A stretch of 63,124 bases of DNA, filler included, from Choristocarpus tenellus KU-1152 (GCA_964200185.2; 11 parts of 11 records of this genome joined end to end with filler, not necessarily neighbours in it); one strand, 5' to 3'. Counted from the first letter of the whole stretch, positions 26,311 to 39,049 are shown. Translations and numbers: made by a program. The notes: a model not told the origin generated them from the letters alone.

Positions 26311-27409
26311 ATTCGCAAGAGAGCTTGGTGTCTCACCTAGAGTACTCATTTTTCTACAAATATTTGGAGCGTATGTACGTAAATATATGTATGGAGAATT
26401 TACGAAGAACTGACGCGTTGTAGAATCAAGATGTCTCAGATATCCACCTCACTGTAAAAGTATGCACTTGTCGTGCACGAAGAACTATTCGTTAATTGTA
26501 GGTGGCGTGAAGAACATCCTACACTCAAGGGTCAGATAGATATGAACATTAACGTGAGAATGACCAGGAAGAGAGACAGGCGCCCAAGTCTGGTCGATGC
26601 CCTCTTTCAGACGCTTCCCATGTATCTCTCGTTCGCTGCCTTGATAGTAAACACGTCCAACCTCCTGTGGGACAAAAGGGTCACCTCCGCAGCCGAGCTA
26701 GTTGTCTTGTTAGTCAACGTCATCATCTCCCTAATCGAAATGTACCACTTGAGAAGAGAGTACCGAGTAGTAAGTGTGATTTTGTAGGAACGAGTCATGG
26801 AGCTTATATTTTAGGAAGGATAAGAGATAAATTTGTACTGAACAAATATACACAGTACGAACTTACAGTTCATATGAGTAAGAGTACAAAAATGAACATT
26901 ACAGAAAAAGAAGAAATGGAACAAAATACAGAACCTGTTTTACCTGTTGGCGAGAGAACCTGCAGCCTTCTGATTGATGTCTCGCATGCCCTTTTCCGTA
27001 TCCGAGGCCATCATCGTCTGATAAGCCAGTTTTTCTCTTTCGCTAATCCATCAGGTGATTCTGGAGTGATGTCCATATTACAGTAAAAGTCTGCCTAGTC
27101 TACAGTACAAATGCCTTTATCGTGTATGGGATCAAGTCTGTAGAGGGCGAGTATGACTAGGCATTAGTGGTGTGTAAGAAGATCTCGTCCAGTAGATATG
27201 GTCGTCTGATGGGTTTGGCACTGAATTGGAGGAAGGGGAGTGTGCTTCCGCGCTACGTTCATCTCCCTGGACTTGAAAAGATCTGACAAAATAGTGGGAA
27301 GGAAGTGGTAGTAGCAGGATGGTGGGTGCACGTCATTAACGCCAACCACTTCAAAAACATAGTAGCAACATCTTGAGATACGTGACAGAAAGTTTGGTTG
27401 GTATGTTAT

Positions 27410-28030
27410 TTGTTTTGAAACTTGAATTCGAATGAATCGTGCTTCTTGTGCAGTGACAGGTTTGTGATGAAGGGATGCCATATAGTAAAGAACTGGTGAA
27501 TTTGTTCTGTTGAGCCTGATGGCATGCTTTGCACAACCAGAGGCTGTTTGATATGAAATGCACAACCAGAGGTTGTTTGATATGAGATCGAGGTTATTCC
27601 TTGAGACACTCAAAGGAAGGAATGCACGGTCTGAGTACAGACTTGTCAACTTGAAGAAGAAGGGTTTCTGAGGATGTATTGCATCCAGGTGTGTGTAAGG
27701 TACACTTAACGCAGAGTGACCTAGATGTCTTAGCACAGGACAATGCCAGCCAGAAGAAATAAAATCAACATATGATATACAAGTGGAGGCTCTGACATGA
27801 AGAAGAGAAAATAATCAAGAAACAAACTTGTATCATTATATGTGGTAAATCATATGACAAATATTATGACTGAACGTTTGATAGGTAGCGACGGTTCTAT
27901 GCTTCCTATGTACCATGATGTTCTAACAATAGTTGATGGTGTTGTGAGGAGGTCCTAATAATGTAAGTAGGAGTAGCGATCAGTACTAATGGGCAAAATC
28001 AACAGTCATTATGAACTGGTGATACTTTAC
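27410..28030 (-). repeat. Dispersed ~600-bp repeat, copy 3 (inverted relative to copy 2)
   Basis: Its reverse complement aligns with 25190-25780. Confidence 0.82.
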
Positions 28031-29417
28031 CATAGGCGATATACCTGCCAGTCAAGATTCTCAAGACTGAGCCAAGATCCGTCCGTCCTGATTCAAAGAG
28101 TCAGCAATGGAGTAGGTCATGCTATGCTCCGCAGTTTAGCTCTAACCTATTTAGCAGACCGAGCCTTACTGGGCTTTCCAGAGGACCCTGCACAGCAGGG
28201 ACAGACAACGAAGTCGCAGAAAGGAACAGGTGAGGGAACGTTCTCTGGGAGTAGTTCACAACAACGATATGAAAAATAGTAGATAATGAGGGTGACCTTT
28301 CGATTCGCCATAATCCATCATATCACAAGGTCTCTGGGACATCAGTACTTGGCAGATTATTGACATTGAAAGACTTCGAATAGTGAAACACCCCCAAGAG
28401 CCAGATTTTGAGGTTCCCAGTTGCCACACTATATCCGTTGGTTTAGTGGACGTCATTCCATAGAGACGCACGCCCGATTTGATAGCCTTAAAATAGACGG
28501 GTCATCTTCTACCCACCACTTTGCAACCAATACTCCTTTCCATGCAACACGTGCATCACTTCAACCTTAGGATCGTGATGACATCCATTTTGTATCTTCA
28601 TTTTTACTCTGTTTACGACATACTTCACTTTTGAACTTTTATGGAAAATAGGGTTATTCGCTATCATATCATTATTGCCATATCCCATATACCATTGTAT
28701 CGATCGAGGTTCATTTTGTGGAATGCTGGATTCCAGGCAAGGATTTTTCTTATGATTGAGGAGGAATTCTTCCAAGAAACCAATCATGTAAGTAGTGCAT
28801 GTCTATTCAATCGAAGGCATCACACATCAAAGATTATCTTTATTGTTCTGCCTTGATTTTCTGATGATTATTGTTGCATGAGATTCGTATCACTCTATTA
28901 TTTCTGTACTTGCTTGCAGTCCTTGGACATCTCCAAACTTAACATGGTCCTCTCTGTTACGATTCACAATATATAAGGTGGAGGGGATGGGGTTGTGGAG
29001 GTGATGGAGGAAGGCGACGACGGTGCACGAGATAGGCAGGGGCAAGGAAAAAATATAAGTGGAGGGATTAACCCAGCTCTAGGAATAGACACCCAGGTCT
29101 GGATTTCGCAGAATGGAGAAGGATGGACAGAGAACGGAATGGGCCCACATGGGGACGAGGTGGAGGTGATCGAGGATGGGAATGGCGGCTCATGAGATAG
29201 GCACCGGCAAGGGGGGAACATAAGCAGAGCATACCACTCCTCTCCAGGAATAGATAGACATGTTTCGTCTATGCAGGATGGCGAAGCCCGAAAGGAAAAC
29301 CAAACGAGCACTCAAGCGCATGGGGCCAGAGAGGTGGTAGAGGTACACGACAATGGTAGCAGGGAGAGGGACTCGCCCCTACACGGCTATTAGGAGGAGG
29401 AGGAGGCAGGAAAGGAG

Positions 29418-29970
29418 GTGATAAGAGATATTATGGGGCTTCGAAGGCCAGCCTCCCCCACCAGGGACCCCAACCCACGCACACACCAACAACCACGTCA
29501 GCTAACACCAGAACACTGTGCAATCTGTTTTTCAGACATACAACAGCCAGTACTCCCTTTCTCCTGTACTACCTCACTGGATCTGGGCTGTGCCTCGGCT
29601 CTATACCTCCGTGCCAGACCCCTACATACCATCCCGTGCCATATCTGTCGTACCCCTGCCAGCTCCGAACACTACTATGCCGCCATGGAGAGGAGTGTGG
29701 GAACCAAAGCTGTGCTGGAATCCATCCGTTCACAATCGTCCTCCACCCCTTTTGCCATCCCACCATTCCGCCTACTCTCCATCCCACGCCCCATCCTCCA
29801 GCCCCTTCCCCTTCTTTCCCTCCCTACCCTGACTGTCTAGAGCCTCTCCCCCCCCAGACCACCAAGGCACCCTCCACTGTGGGTGCTCGCTCCCACCTCA
29901 ACTGCATGGTCAGCCTCTGCGAAGATGACAACCACCCTCTCGCATGCCCCTACTGTGGAACACACTTACC
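29418..29970 (+). pseudogene. Intronless, disrupted ORF with two RING-like zinc fingers (possibly a retroelement ORF)
   Basis: CAICFSDIQQPVLPFSC...C...IPCHICRTP and HLNC...LACPYCGT; separated by a stop and frameshift. Confidence 0.45.
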
Positions 29971-30298
29971 CATCCCCACTTTTCAATTGCACCTACACCA
30001 CCCTAACCAGCCAAAGACCACCTCCTGGGGGGCTCATAACCCGCCTGAATAATGCCACTGCATCCCAAATCCACCTCTTTTCTCCACACAATATCCCAGG
30101 CCAAAACTCACACCCCAACTATCCCACTCCACAGGTCGGAGCACCCCCTACCCCCACACCCCAACCCACCTCACCCTCTCCTCCACTCCAACCCATCTNN
30201 NNNNNNNNNNNNNNNNNNNNNNNNNNNNNNNNNNNNNNNNNNTTAATTAATTAANNNNNNNNNNNNNNNNNNNNNNNNNNNNNNNNNNNNNNNNNNNN

Positions 30299-31735
30299 CG
30301 TATTACCCCCTGGACGCAGGGCAATAGACACTAAATGGATTCACAAGCGTAAGACTAACAAATTTGGTGAGGTAGTTAGATACAAGGCACGTTTGGTAGC
30401 AAACGTTTTTCGACAGATTGAGGGTTTAGATTACCAAGATACATTTGCACCAACACCGTCCCCTGCATCTTTGAAAATGGTATTAGCTTCAGCTGCAGAC
30501 AGAGATTCGGAATTAAAACATTGGGATGTGAAGCAAGCATTCATACAAGCTGATATTACTGAAGAGATATTCGTACGTTTATGTGATGGATGTGGTATGT
30601 GGTCTGGAAAGACTGTGCGTCTAGTCAAGGCACTATATGGCACCAAACAGGCTAGCAGGGAGTTTAATAATCTTTTGGTACACGTTTTGGAACAGTGTGG
30701 TTTTGAGCAATGGAGAGCAGACCCTTTTGTGTTACGCTATGTAAGAGATGGCGTTGTTTGTGCTGTGATAGCCCCCCACGTAGATGATCTTTTAGTAGCT
30801 GGTAAAATTGATGTTTTGATACGGGTTCGCTCGAGGATCAAAGAGCAGTTTTCCATAGAAGATTTTGGTGATCTTGAGTATTAATATGGGTTGTGAGATT
30901 TCACGTGACAGAACTGCACAGACTGTCACCATCAGTCAGACTAGGTACATTTAGAGTGTTTGTCAATGATTTGGTATGGATGGGGCAAAGAAGAGTTCGG
31001 TACCCCATGATCTCTCAAGGGCTCTAGACAAGAGTGAGAATCATCCAAGTGTTGATGAAAGTACACCGTACAGAGAGGCAGTTGGTAGTTTAGTGCCGGC
31101 ATCTGTTATGACTAGACTTGACATTGCAAATGCAGTTCGTGAAGTTGCCAAGTACAGTAGCAATTCCAGCGTCACACATTGGCGTGCAGTGAAATGTATT
31201 TTAGCATATTTGAATACGTGTCCCAGTGTTGGATTGAGTTTTGGTGGTTTTGATACTGAGTGTGATTTGAGTGCGTATGTGCTGATGCTAGTTATGCTGG
31301 AGACTGGAATAATCGTAGATCAGTGACTGGAGGAACAATTATGTTTGCAGGAGGAGCAATATCTTCGATGTCAAAGGTAAAAAGAGTTGTAGCTCTGTCT
31401 TCCACAGAGAGTGAATGCATAGCTCTTAGTAGTGTGGCACAGGAATTACTTGAGAAGTGTTTTTGAGTTTATTCAAGCCACAGTTTCCTAGGCGTTGCAT
31501 TGACTTGTTTGAGGATAACCATGGTGCATGCAAACTAGTACGAAATGCCACAAGCTCTACTAGAACAAAGCATATTGATGTCCGAGATCATTTTCTGAGG
31601 GATTTGTTTATAAAAGGAGAGATTCGTGTTGTTTTTGTTGGTACTGCAAATCAGAGGGCAGATAGATGTATTGACCAAGAATTTTCCAGTTCGAGTTTTT
31701 AGACAACATGTGAAGTTTTTGATGAACATGTGAGA
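30299..31735 (+). mobile_element. Ty1/Copia relic: reverse transcriptase and RNase H
   Basis: KWIHKRK, YKARLVA, DYQDTFAPT, WDVKQAFIQA, LVKALYGTKQA, HVDDLL, YREAVGSL, VVALSSTESE, EDNHGA, RTKHIDVRDHFLRD; several stops and frameshifts. Confidence 0.96.
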
Positions 31736-31792
31736 CAACATGTGTATTTTATTTTTTGTGTGATTGTTTGAGAGTTAATATTTGTTTTCAGC

Positions 31793-31820
31793 AAGGGGAG
31801 GATGTCGAATAACCTAGTGT
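31793..31820 (+). promoter_or_regulatory. Polypurine tract and start of the 3' LTR
   Basis: AAGGGGAGGA immediately followed by TGTCGAAT just downstream of RNase H; LTR end not determined. Confidence 0.7.
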
Positions 31821-32423
31821 TATCCTTACGTTATCTGTGCTGATCCTAGTAAACAACATAGCTTATGTGTACGTTGATATTTAGTTTAGTACAATACAAG
31901 GTAGTAACGTACACAGCGGTACGTTATGGTGGGTCAGTGGGACATTACAAATGGTATAGTGGGACAATAGCATCAATATAGTTATATTGGACATCAAGTG
32001 GACAATACCCTGCGGACAATTAATAATGTAGGTACACTAATTGCAGAGTGGACTTGGTGTGTTATGAGGGAGCAATGGCAACCAAGAAAGAAAAAGTAAT
32101 CAACAATTAACGTGGATCTGGTGTCTGCTTCTGTTAAAAAGAAGAAAGACAAATAAAAAACAAAGTGCCCAAAGAACACATTTGAAACAATATCTGATGG
32201 AACTTGGGTAACGCATGCTATCCCTGTGTGGGTGACGTATATCAACTGATCTTGTGCTTCTATGTACTTGTTCTAACGGGTATTTGATGTTGTTGTGGTG
32301 ATTATTTGGGAATGCAAGAAAGATAGTAATGACTAGTGCAGCTGACCTATCAACCGTCAGGGCGAGCTGGTGGTACTCTATCACACCAAGGAAAAAAAAT
32401 TAAGTAGCCTATGGATTAACAAT

Positions 32424-33129
32424 CACAGCACTTTGATATGTAGCAAGGACTGAAGCCAGGACAATGAGTTTGTTCAGAACGCTGTGGAGATGTTTGAAAA
32501 GAACCTCGTAACACCATTGGCCCGGGAATATGGACAGACCCTGGATGTCCTTCACATCTGGTCTGATGGCTGTGGATGTCAGTTTTAAAACAGGTGCCAG
32601 ATGTGGTGCGTTTCTCAGTCCATTGCACGCTGCCGTTGTGGAGGCGATTCTCAAGGATGAGGGCCAGGTGATGCTACATCATGACGTGCATGTTAGGCCC
32701 CAAGGAAGGGCTCAATAGTATTCCTAGAGAGGAGAAGGGCGGATATCTCGTGATTTTGAGAGGGATTTGTTTCCCATTTTTTTCTGTGAGAAAAAAGTCG
32801 CATTCCAAACGCGGATGGGGATTGCGATAGTACACAACTTCTTCTCCTCCTGCCACAGCAAGTCCATGTCAGATGGAGTTGGGGATGCGGTGAAGTCTGC
32901 CGCCAGGAGACTGGAGCTAAACTTGGTACGGATGCCGGGAACCTCATCCCTGGTGGAGACAATCAAGTCGACCAAGATACAGCAAATGTTGAGGGATCCG
33001 AAACCGGAGGAAGAGGGGCGTCTCTGTAGGGAGTGCAAGGTTCCTCCTGGACAGACAATCGTGACCAAGGTCGGTACCCTCCATCCACACACTCCTTGCA
33101 CTCGCACATTTCGCCACTATTTCCAATAA
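32424..33129 (+). pseudogene. Decayed Sola2-type DDD transposase (catalytic region)
   Basis: HSTLICSKD*SQDNEFV (cf. ISDDxxHD), LHIWSDGCGCQF*N (SDGCxxQFKN), HNFFSSCHSKSMSDGVGDAVKSAARR (FFxxxHGKxxxDGxGGxVK), TPCTRTFRH (IPGTRxxH). Stops and a frame change; superfamily assigned from recalled motifs. Confidence 0.75.
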
Positions 33130-33436
33130 CGACAGACTCTCCGTGTACACTCCTAGATTAATCACATCGGGTATCAGAAAAATATATATAACGATTGTGC
33201 CTGTCCTTATAGTGAGAAAACACACGACAGATGAATGGTCCATAACACACTTCTCCACCAATCCCCGTCTGTCCAGTTTCACTACATTCATCCCACCAAA
33301 TTATGCACATCTCTGCCAAGCACCACGTACACGCTAAACAACACATTATGATTTTTTACGTATGACCACCTGCACTAGTATCACTATTTGTTTTAACAGT
33401 TTGATATCCTCTCCATAATGATTGTATTGCATTGGA

Positions 33437-33509
33437 GGCCCAAAGTATCTGGGGGGGGGGGGGGGGGCTACCCCGGGGGGTCCATTTGGGCCAAAACCAG
33501 GAAAATTTT
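33437..33509 (-). mobile_element. MITE family B, truncated by the contig end
   Basis: GGCCCAAAGTATCTG(n)...GTCCATTTGGGCCAAAACCAGGAAAA, the reverse complement of the family B 3' end. Confidence 0.85.
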
Positions 33510-33609
33510 NNNNNNNNNNNNNNNNNNNNNNNNNNNNNNNNNNNNNNNNNNNNTTAATTAATTAANNNNNNNNNNNNNNNNNNNNNNNNNNNNNNNNNNN
33601 NNNNNNNNN

Positions 33610-33845
33610 GGCGCGACAGCACACTCCAATGGTTAAACGCCTGCACTAACTATGCAAGGGGATGGGCATCCCTTGCACTACGGAGGACACTAGCCCTTTC
33701 ACAGTGGACAGGAATCTCCGCATGGATCTGGTGTTCCACGCAGGAGCACTAGCGGACGCCGGAACAGCTCCCTACAGGGACAAAGGTCTCCTGCTAGACG
33801 ACGCCACCTTCACAGAGGTACAGGCAACCTCCCAACTAGAGGTGT
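33610..33845 (+). mobile_element. Restriction-like endonuclease fragment of a CRE/SLACS-type non-LTR retrotransposon
   Basis: ARQHTPMV...GIPCTTEDTSPF...LRMDLV...KGLLLDDAT fits the RH...E...R(P/M)D...D pattern of R2/CRE-clade RLE domains. Confidence 0.65.
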
Positions 33846-35456
33846 GTGCTGGTTCTGCTTGCAGGCAGAGATGCAACGTTTCGATTATACAAGGTGGAGG
33901 TACGTGGGAAGCACAAAGAATAGTGCAATCACTGTATAGATAGGAACTATTATGTCTGTTGCTATGTCGAAAAATGCGGATGAATTAATTCCAGAGGATG
34001 ATGAAGATATCAAAACCATCGTCCGAGCTAGATACGAGCTGTGTGGGTTGGTTGAACCCAACTGAGCTTGAACCAAGAAGGCACGAACATAGATAGCTCA
34101 ATTAGGCCCACCTCGTAGTGGACCAGGTAACAATATGAAAGGTTGCCTCTGACCACGAGTTGGGCATGTTCCTGGCCTAAAGTGAAGATAGTAAATGAAA
34201 ATCCCATCATTACATGCTTTTTATTGCTGTCGTGATGCTCTACTGCTCCTCATTGCAGGGAAAGGAAGAATCACTGCCAAAATATGCATGCTTCTTGGCT
34301 GTGTATTTTCTATTGGTTACCACAGTCACAATCACAAGAGCCGCCAAAAAAAAAGAGACCTACACTACCTCAAGCTCTGTTACAATCATCTCTGCAAGTA
34401 GAGTATATTCTACTCCTGCTTTTTCTCCCCCCCCCAATTTACGTCTTAATTTCTTCAAGGCAACTTCCAAGAGCAACATTGTGTTTTATAACTTTGAAAT
34501 ATCAATAAAAAAGTGAGGGGGGGGGGAAGATAGGCATCCATCATCCCTCCCCTATCTATTTCTGCTGTCGTCACAAAACACACCTTTAGAGATGCGAGTG
34601 GCAAGAGAGGGGACTGACGGGAATCATTAGTTGGGCAAGGAGAGCGTACTACTACTACCTGGGAGATATATGATCAGTCTTGGGTTAATTGTCCCATGTA
34701 GTTTGAACGATGTGGACAACAACAGGATAGGAACAGCCTGGACAAATCTAAGTACACACAATCTCCTCAACTGTTCCCCCCCCCCTTTCCCTCAGCCCCC
34801 AGTCAGTTAGATGACCTTGCTCACCCCCCTTACTTTCACTCTGCACTGGAGACACACTGTATATCTGCCACAGTCGCGGAGGACCCATTCCCAACGGTAA
34901 AGTCTACACAAGTAACAAAAATCCCATGCACATCCATATGCAAACACACACAGACACAGAAATCGTGCACAGATAAAAGACATCACACACACAAGCAGGT
35001 AGATGATCTTGCAACGCTTATGTTGATCTTTCTGTCATCACACATGAGCCATACCCAAGTGTGTTGCAGGAATCAGCACAGACAGTTCTTGGCAGACACT
35101 TCCTCAGATGGGCACAGCACCAGCCACAGCCCGGACTAGTGCATGCAAACTTCCATCCAAAGGACAATCACATAATCTTTATGCATACCCAACCCCACAA
35201 CCTTCTGCTAAGCACACCACCAGTGCCTGTAGTATCGATCCTTGCCGAATACTTGGAATTACCAAATTAAATCCAATGATATCCACACCCAACGAAATCC
35301 TAGACCCCAGCCATTGATCTCTTCTAAATGATCGAATTATCAAGAGAAGAGAGCCATACAGATGCTTCATCAAGCCCCTCGCAAAAAAAAAACTACCCCT
35401 CCCTCTTCCCGTCTATGCAGAACCCCTGAGCAAGTCCCTGTAACGGCCGCAATAGC

Positions 35457-35523
35457 CACAAGGTTTAACACGAGGTTTAACACGAGGTTTAACACAAGGT
35501 TTAACACAAGGTTTAACACCAGG
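35457..35523. repeat. 12-bp minisatellite (CACRAGGTTTAA) x5
   Basis: Direct tandem copies with no spacers. Confidence 0.95.
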
Positions 35524-36981
35524 AAGGTGAGAAAAAAAAAGCTGAAAAAAATAAAAGGAAATGTACGCCAGGAGCATACAAAAAAAATCCCAACAGGCAT
35601 GCAGTGGGAGGTGCTATCAAACAAACAGAAATCATCCAATGTGCTCCATTCTTCCCAACCAAACCCAAACCCAATCCAGTTCATCAGTGGAGATCATGCA
35701 GTCTGAAGGTAAATACCTTGATTATTGCCCTAGTGTACCTATCCCCCTTGCCCCCCTTCCTCAACCACGTGATACATGCTGCCAAGTGACAAGAAAAAGG
35801 TCACCTCCATGGAAGGACAAAATACGCAAAGTCAGATCAACACTACCTACTACCGTCTTATCTATTTACATAAAATCCTCAGCTTCTACCTTATCCCAGC
35901 CCTCTTGCCTCTAACCCTACTGTCTTCAATGCACTCACGCAAACCTCCATCCTTTCCTGGTCACCCAGAGGGCAACAACAATGAATCAAAACACTTGTGA
36001 AAGAGATCAACATAGATAAGAAACACAAAGACCCATCCCACTCCCCTCCCTTCAGCAACCCCAAAAACTGTTACAGTGGAAGGGGCACAGACATGAAGAC
36101 ATGAACAGGGAAAAAAGCAGTTACATCCCCCTTAACCCTAACCCTTCAACTCCTCTACCACACTCCACCACCTCTGCTGAAAGTCCCTCTGTTGTCTGTG
36201 TCTTGCATCCTCCATTCACCCACATACTTTCAAAATTAAGCAAAGTCAGCAGGGTCCTTCCCTCCATACACGCCTTCCCAATGCCAAAAAGAAAAAAAGA
36301 AAAAACTGAGTTAATCAACAAAACTCAGCCCCAAAGTCATCTCTTTACACCATAGGTTTGCCATACTGCTGAAATTTTCATGCATGGAGGCCAATCCCAT
36401 ATGTTACTGTTGTGAATTTAAAGTATGTCTGCCTCCTTCAACTCCTTTCTTGCTTCTCACCACATGAAGAACAACCACGTGTGCAGCTCTCAGAACAGCA
36501 ACTCAAAAACACCCAATGACTACCCTTGTCCTGCCACCCACCCCCCTCAAAAAACCTCTGCTCATCTGCCTCTTGCCCAATCACTTGATTTCACAACCTC
36601 CAAGCACAGTCAAGTCATTCAATACTCAAGACCAACAGTTGACCCAATTCCATACACCCCAGGCAGAGACAACAGTGAAGAACACCTGCTGCTGCTCAAG
36701 AAAGCTATGGGATAAAGTATTATCTCATGAATAACAAAAGGCACACCTCACTCCCTGCATAGTGATCCCCTCAGTCAACAATACCATTTACAGATGGTAA
36801 GTTCATCACCACCACCACAGAGCTTGGGAGGCCGTTGTCATTGGAAACCCCTTGCATGGAGCCTCAGACTGATCAGTTGCAGACAGCACCCAAAACAAAA
36901 AAACAAAAATCGGTAACATACAACCAGCACACGTGGGATAGAATGCATTCAGTCAGGAAGCACAACACGGTGGAGCAACCA

Positions 36982-37013
<32 letters not shown>

Positions 37014-37186
37014 GAAGAGGGGAGATTCGTAGAGGGAAAGTTGATTAATACGACAAACCACATAAACGAGAAAAAAGGGGAAGAAANNNNNNNNNNNNNN
37101 NNNNNNNNNNNNNNNNNNNNNNNNNNNNNNTTAATTAATTAANNNNNNNNNNNNNNNNNNNNNNNNNNNNNNNNNNNNNNNNNNNN

Positions 37187-37218
37187 CCCCCCCCCCCCCC
37201 CCCCAGATACTTTGGGTC
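37187..37218 (+). mobile_element. Right TIR of a MITE family B element at a contig start
   Basis: C-tract followed by AGATACTTTGGGTC. Confidence 0.8.
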
Positions 37219-37521
37219 TAAACCTGGCTTAAAATGCAAAGCGGCCCAAACCTAGGTACCTCTCATTTACTTCGGCTCACAGAAAGATTTTTTTTTTTTA
37301 CTTGGAGTTTGCTCGCATATTGCAGGCGGTATGTATCGCTTATATTGTTCACGAGTCTGCTGCTGAAAGGTTGCAGGGGGGTGCTGGGTTAGGTACTGTT
37401 CAGATAGTCGTATCCGAGGAGACTAGAGTATTTCTACAGTTCTGTGCAAGAAGGCCTCTGATTTAACCTTGTCAATATCCTTCATCCCCTACGCCTGAGG
37501 TACCTCTAGCTGCATACCAGT

Positions 37522-37800
37522 GAGCCAAAGTATCTTAGAGGGTAGAGCCGTGTCCATTTGGGGTCAAAATCCAAGGTTGCGATCTTGATGTATTTTGGCT
37601 ATCGTGTTTGTTAGGAAGTGCCAATATCCATGTTCCGGACACTCCTTTTCATTAACGTATACATTTTGCCTACTCCGAAATAATTTGGAGTGGGCAAAAT
37701 GTAAAAAAACAAAAACAACAACAACAACATGGGAAGTATGTCAAGCCCCAAATGGACAAACAACAGGGCAAAACTCGTACCCTCTAAGATGCTTTCACTC
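37522..37800 (-). mobile_element. MITE family A, complete copy
   Basis: GAGCCAAAGTATCTTAGAGGGTA...TACCCTCTAAGATGCTTTCACTC; AGT duplicated on both sides. Confidence 0.93.
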
Positions 37801-37824
37801 AGTCTCTTGTCGGTATGCGTAGGC

Positions 37825-37880
<56 letters not shown>

Positions 37881-37888
37881 TAATAATA
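37825..37888. repeat. (AAT)n microsatellite
   Basis: About 20 tandem AAT units. Confidence 0.97.
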
Positions 37889-38087
37889 GATGCTATCTAT
37901 AGCCTGGTATACTATCTTGAACACGGACAGACCGCTGAAGAACGCCTGATCCACCTTCACCATAGTCGCGCATTCTACTTGTTGCATGCCACGATGGGGG
38001 CGGGGCGCCAAAGAGCGCCTTAGAGAGCGTAACGCTCCAACTATCTCCTCACATTATTCCAATATTTCTACCTGGGTCAAGCCGCAG

Positions 38088-38619
38088 GGGCCTTCCCTCC
38101 CTCCTTGTGAGCGGTGGCCATCTAAGGACCCTGATGTGGTTACTCTTACATCACGATCAGTGTGTCGCTGCCCAAGTCCTGCGAGCACTTGCAGTTCTAA
38201 GGGCCGTTTCGCAGGACACTTGGATAACCAGTCTCATGGAGCAGGGTTGCATTCCCGTACTGAGGATGGCGTCGATAGTGTGGTTTAGGCCGGTAGGCGT
38301 GACAGGGGTACCGCAAAGAGCTGGTATTTTAGGAAAACCCTGCAGGACAGACCCGGGGGGTAAAGCAGGGGAGGAAGAGAGAGGAAGGAAAGAGGAAGAG
38401 TCAGGGACTCAGACGGTGACGAAGGTGACAGGTAGACCAGAAAGAGCTGTGACACTTTTCAACAGAGTGCTCTGTTCTGCTCAAGATGAGGCGTGTGGGC
38501 GCCACCTTGACAGGCTTGTTCGAACAGTGGCCACTGTAGGGAACCATCAGCTCAGGGTGAATGTGGCAGTGGCGCTGGTCATGCTGTCGTTAGGGTTAGG
38601 GAACGGCAGAGGACAGCAG
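38088..38619 (+). CDS. Exon of an unidentified protein, possibly with armadillo/HEAT-like helical repeats
   Basis: CAG|G GGC...GLPSLLVSGGHLRTLMWLL...LMEQGCIPVL...LRVNVAVALVML...QQ|GT; open frame; phase 0 joins 39050. Confidence 0.6.
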
Positions 38620-39049
38620 GTATAGTCTCTTGAGCAGAGGGGAGAGAGGGAACGTTGGTTCGCAGGGGAGGCAGGGTAGACAACATATATGATGATGGCA
38701 TTCACAGTTGATATATTCTGAACAGGCTCTACTACTTTAGAGTGGAATCTATATCCCGGACAACACGATGCAATGTTGCCTGCAGTCAATGTTTAAATTT
38801 GGAAGTCGAAGATTTAATTACTCTGAACAAAAAAAAATACATATATATATAAAAGATTCTTCTTCAAGTAGGATGTGATTAGCAACGTTTCAATATATGT
38901 TGTTCGCTGTTGTTGTCTCTGTTCTTGAATACCTTTCCACCTATCCCTTAGGCCGATCCTTGCTTGAGACACACAAGTACAAGGAGATCCCACAGTCAGT
39001 CTTCCCAAAGTAGGTCAACTGAATTATGCCCTACCCTAATATTGAACAG

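Noticed and set aside
35457-35523. 12-bp repeat as a CRISPR array
   Set aside because: Head-to-tail units with no spacers, no cas genes, eukaryotic context.
33900-37086. Possible small minus-strand exons (about 34113-34176, 34583-34657, 34825-34903)
   Set aside because: Splice-like signals are present but no frame gives a recognisable protein, so no model can be supported.
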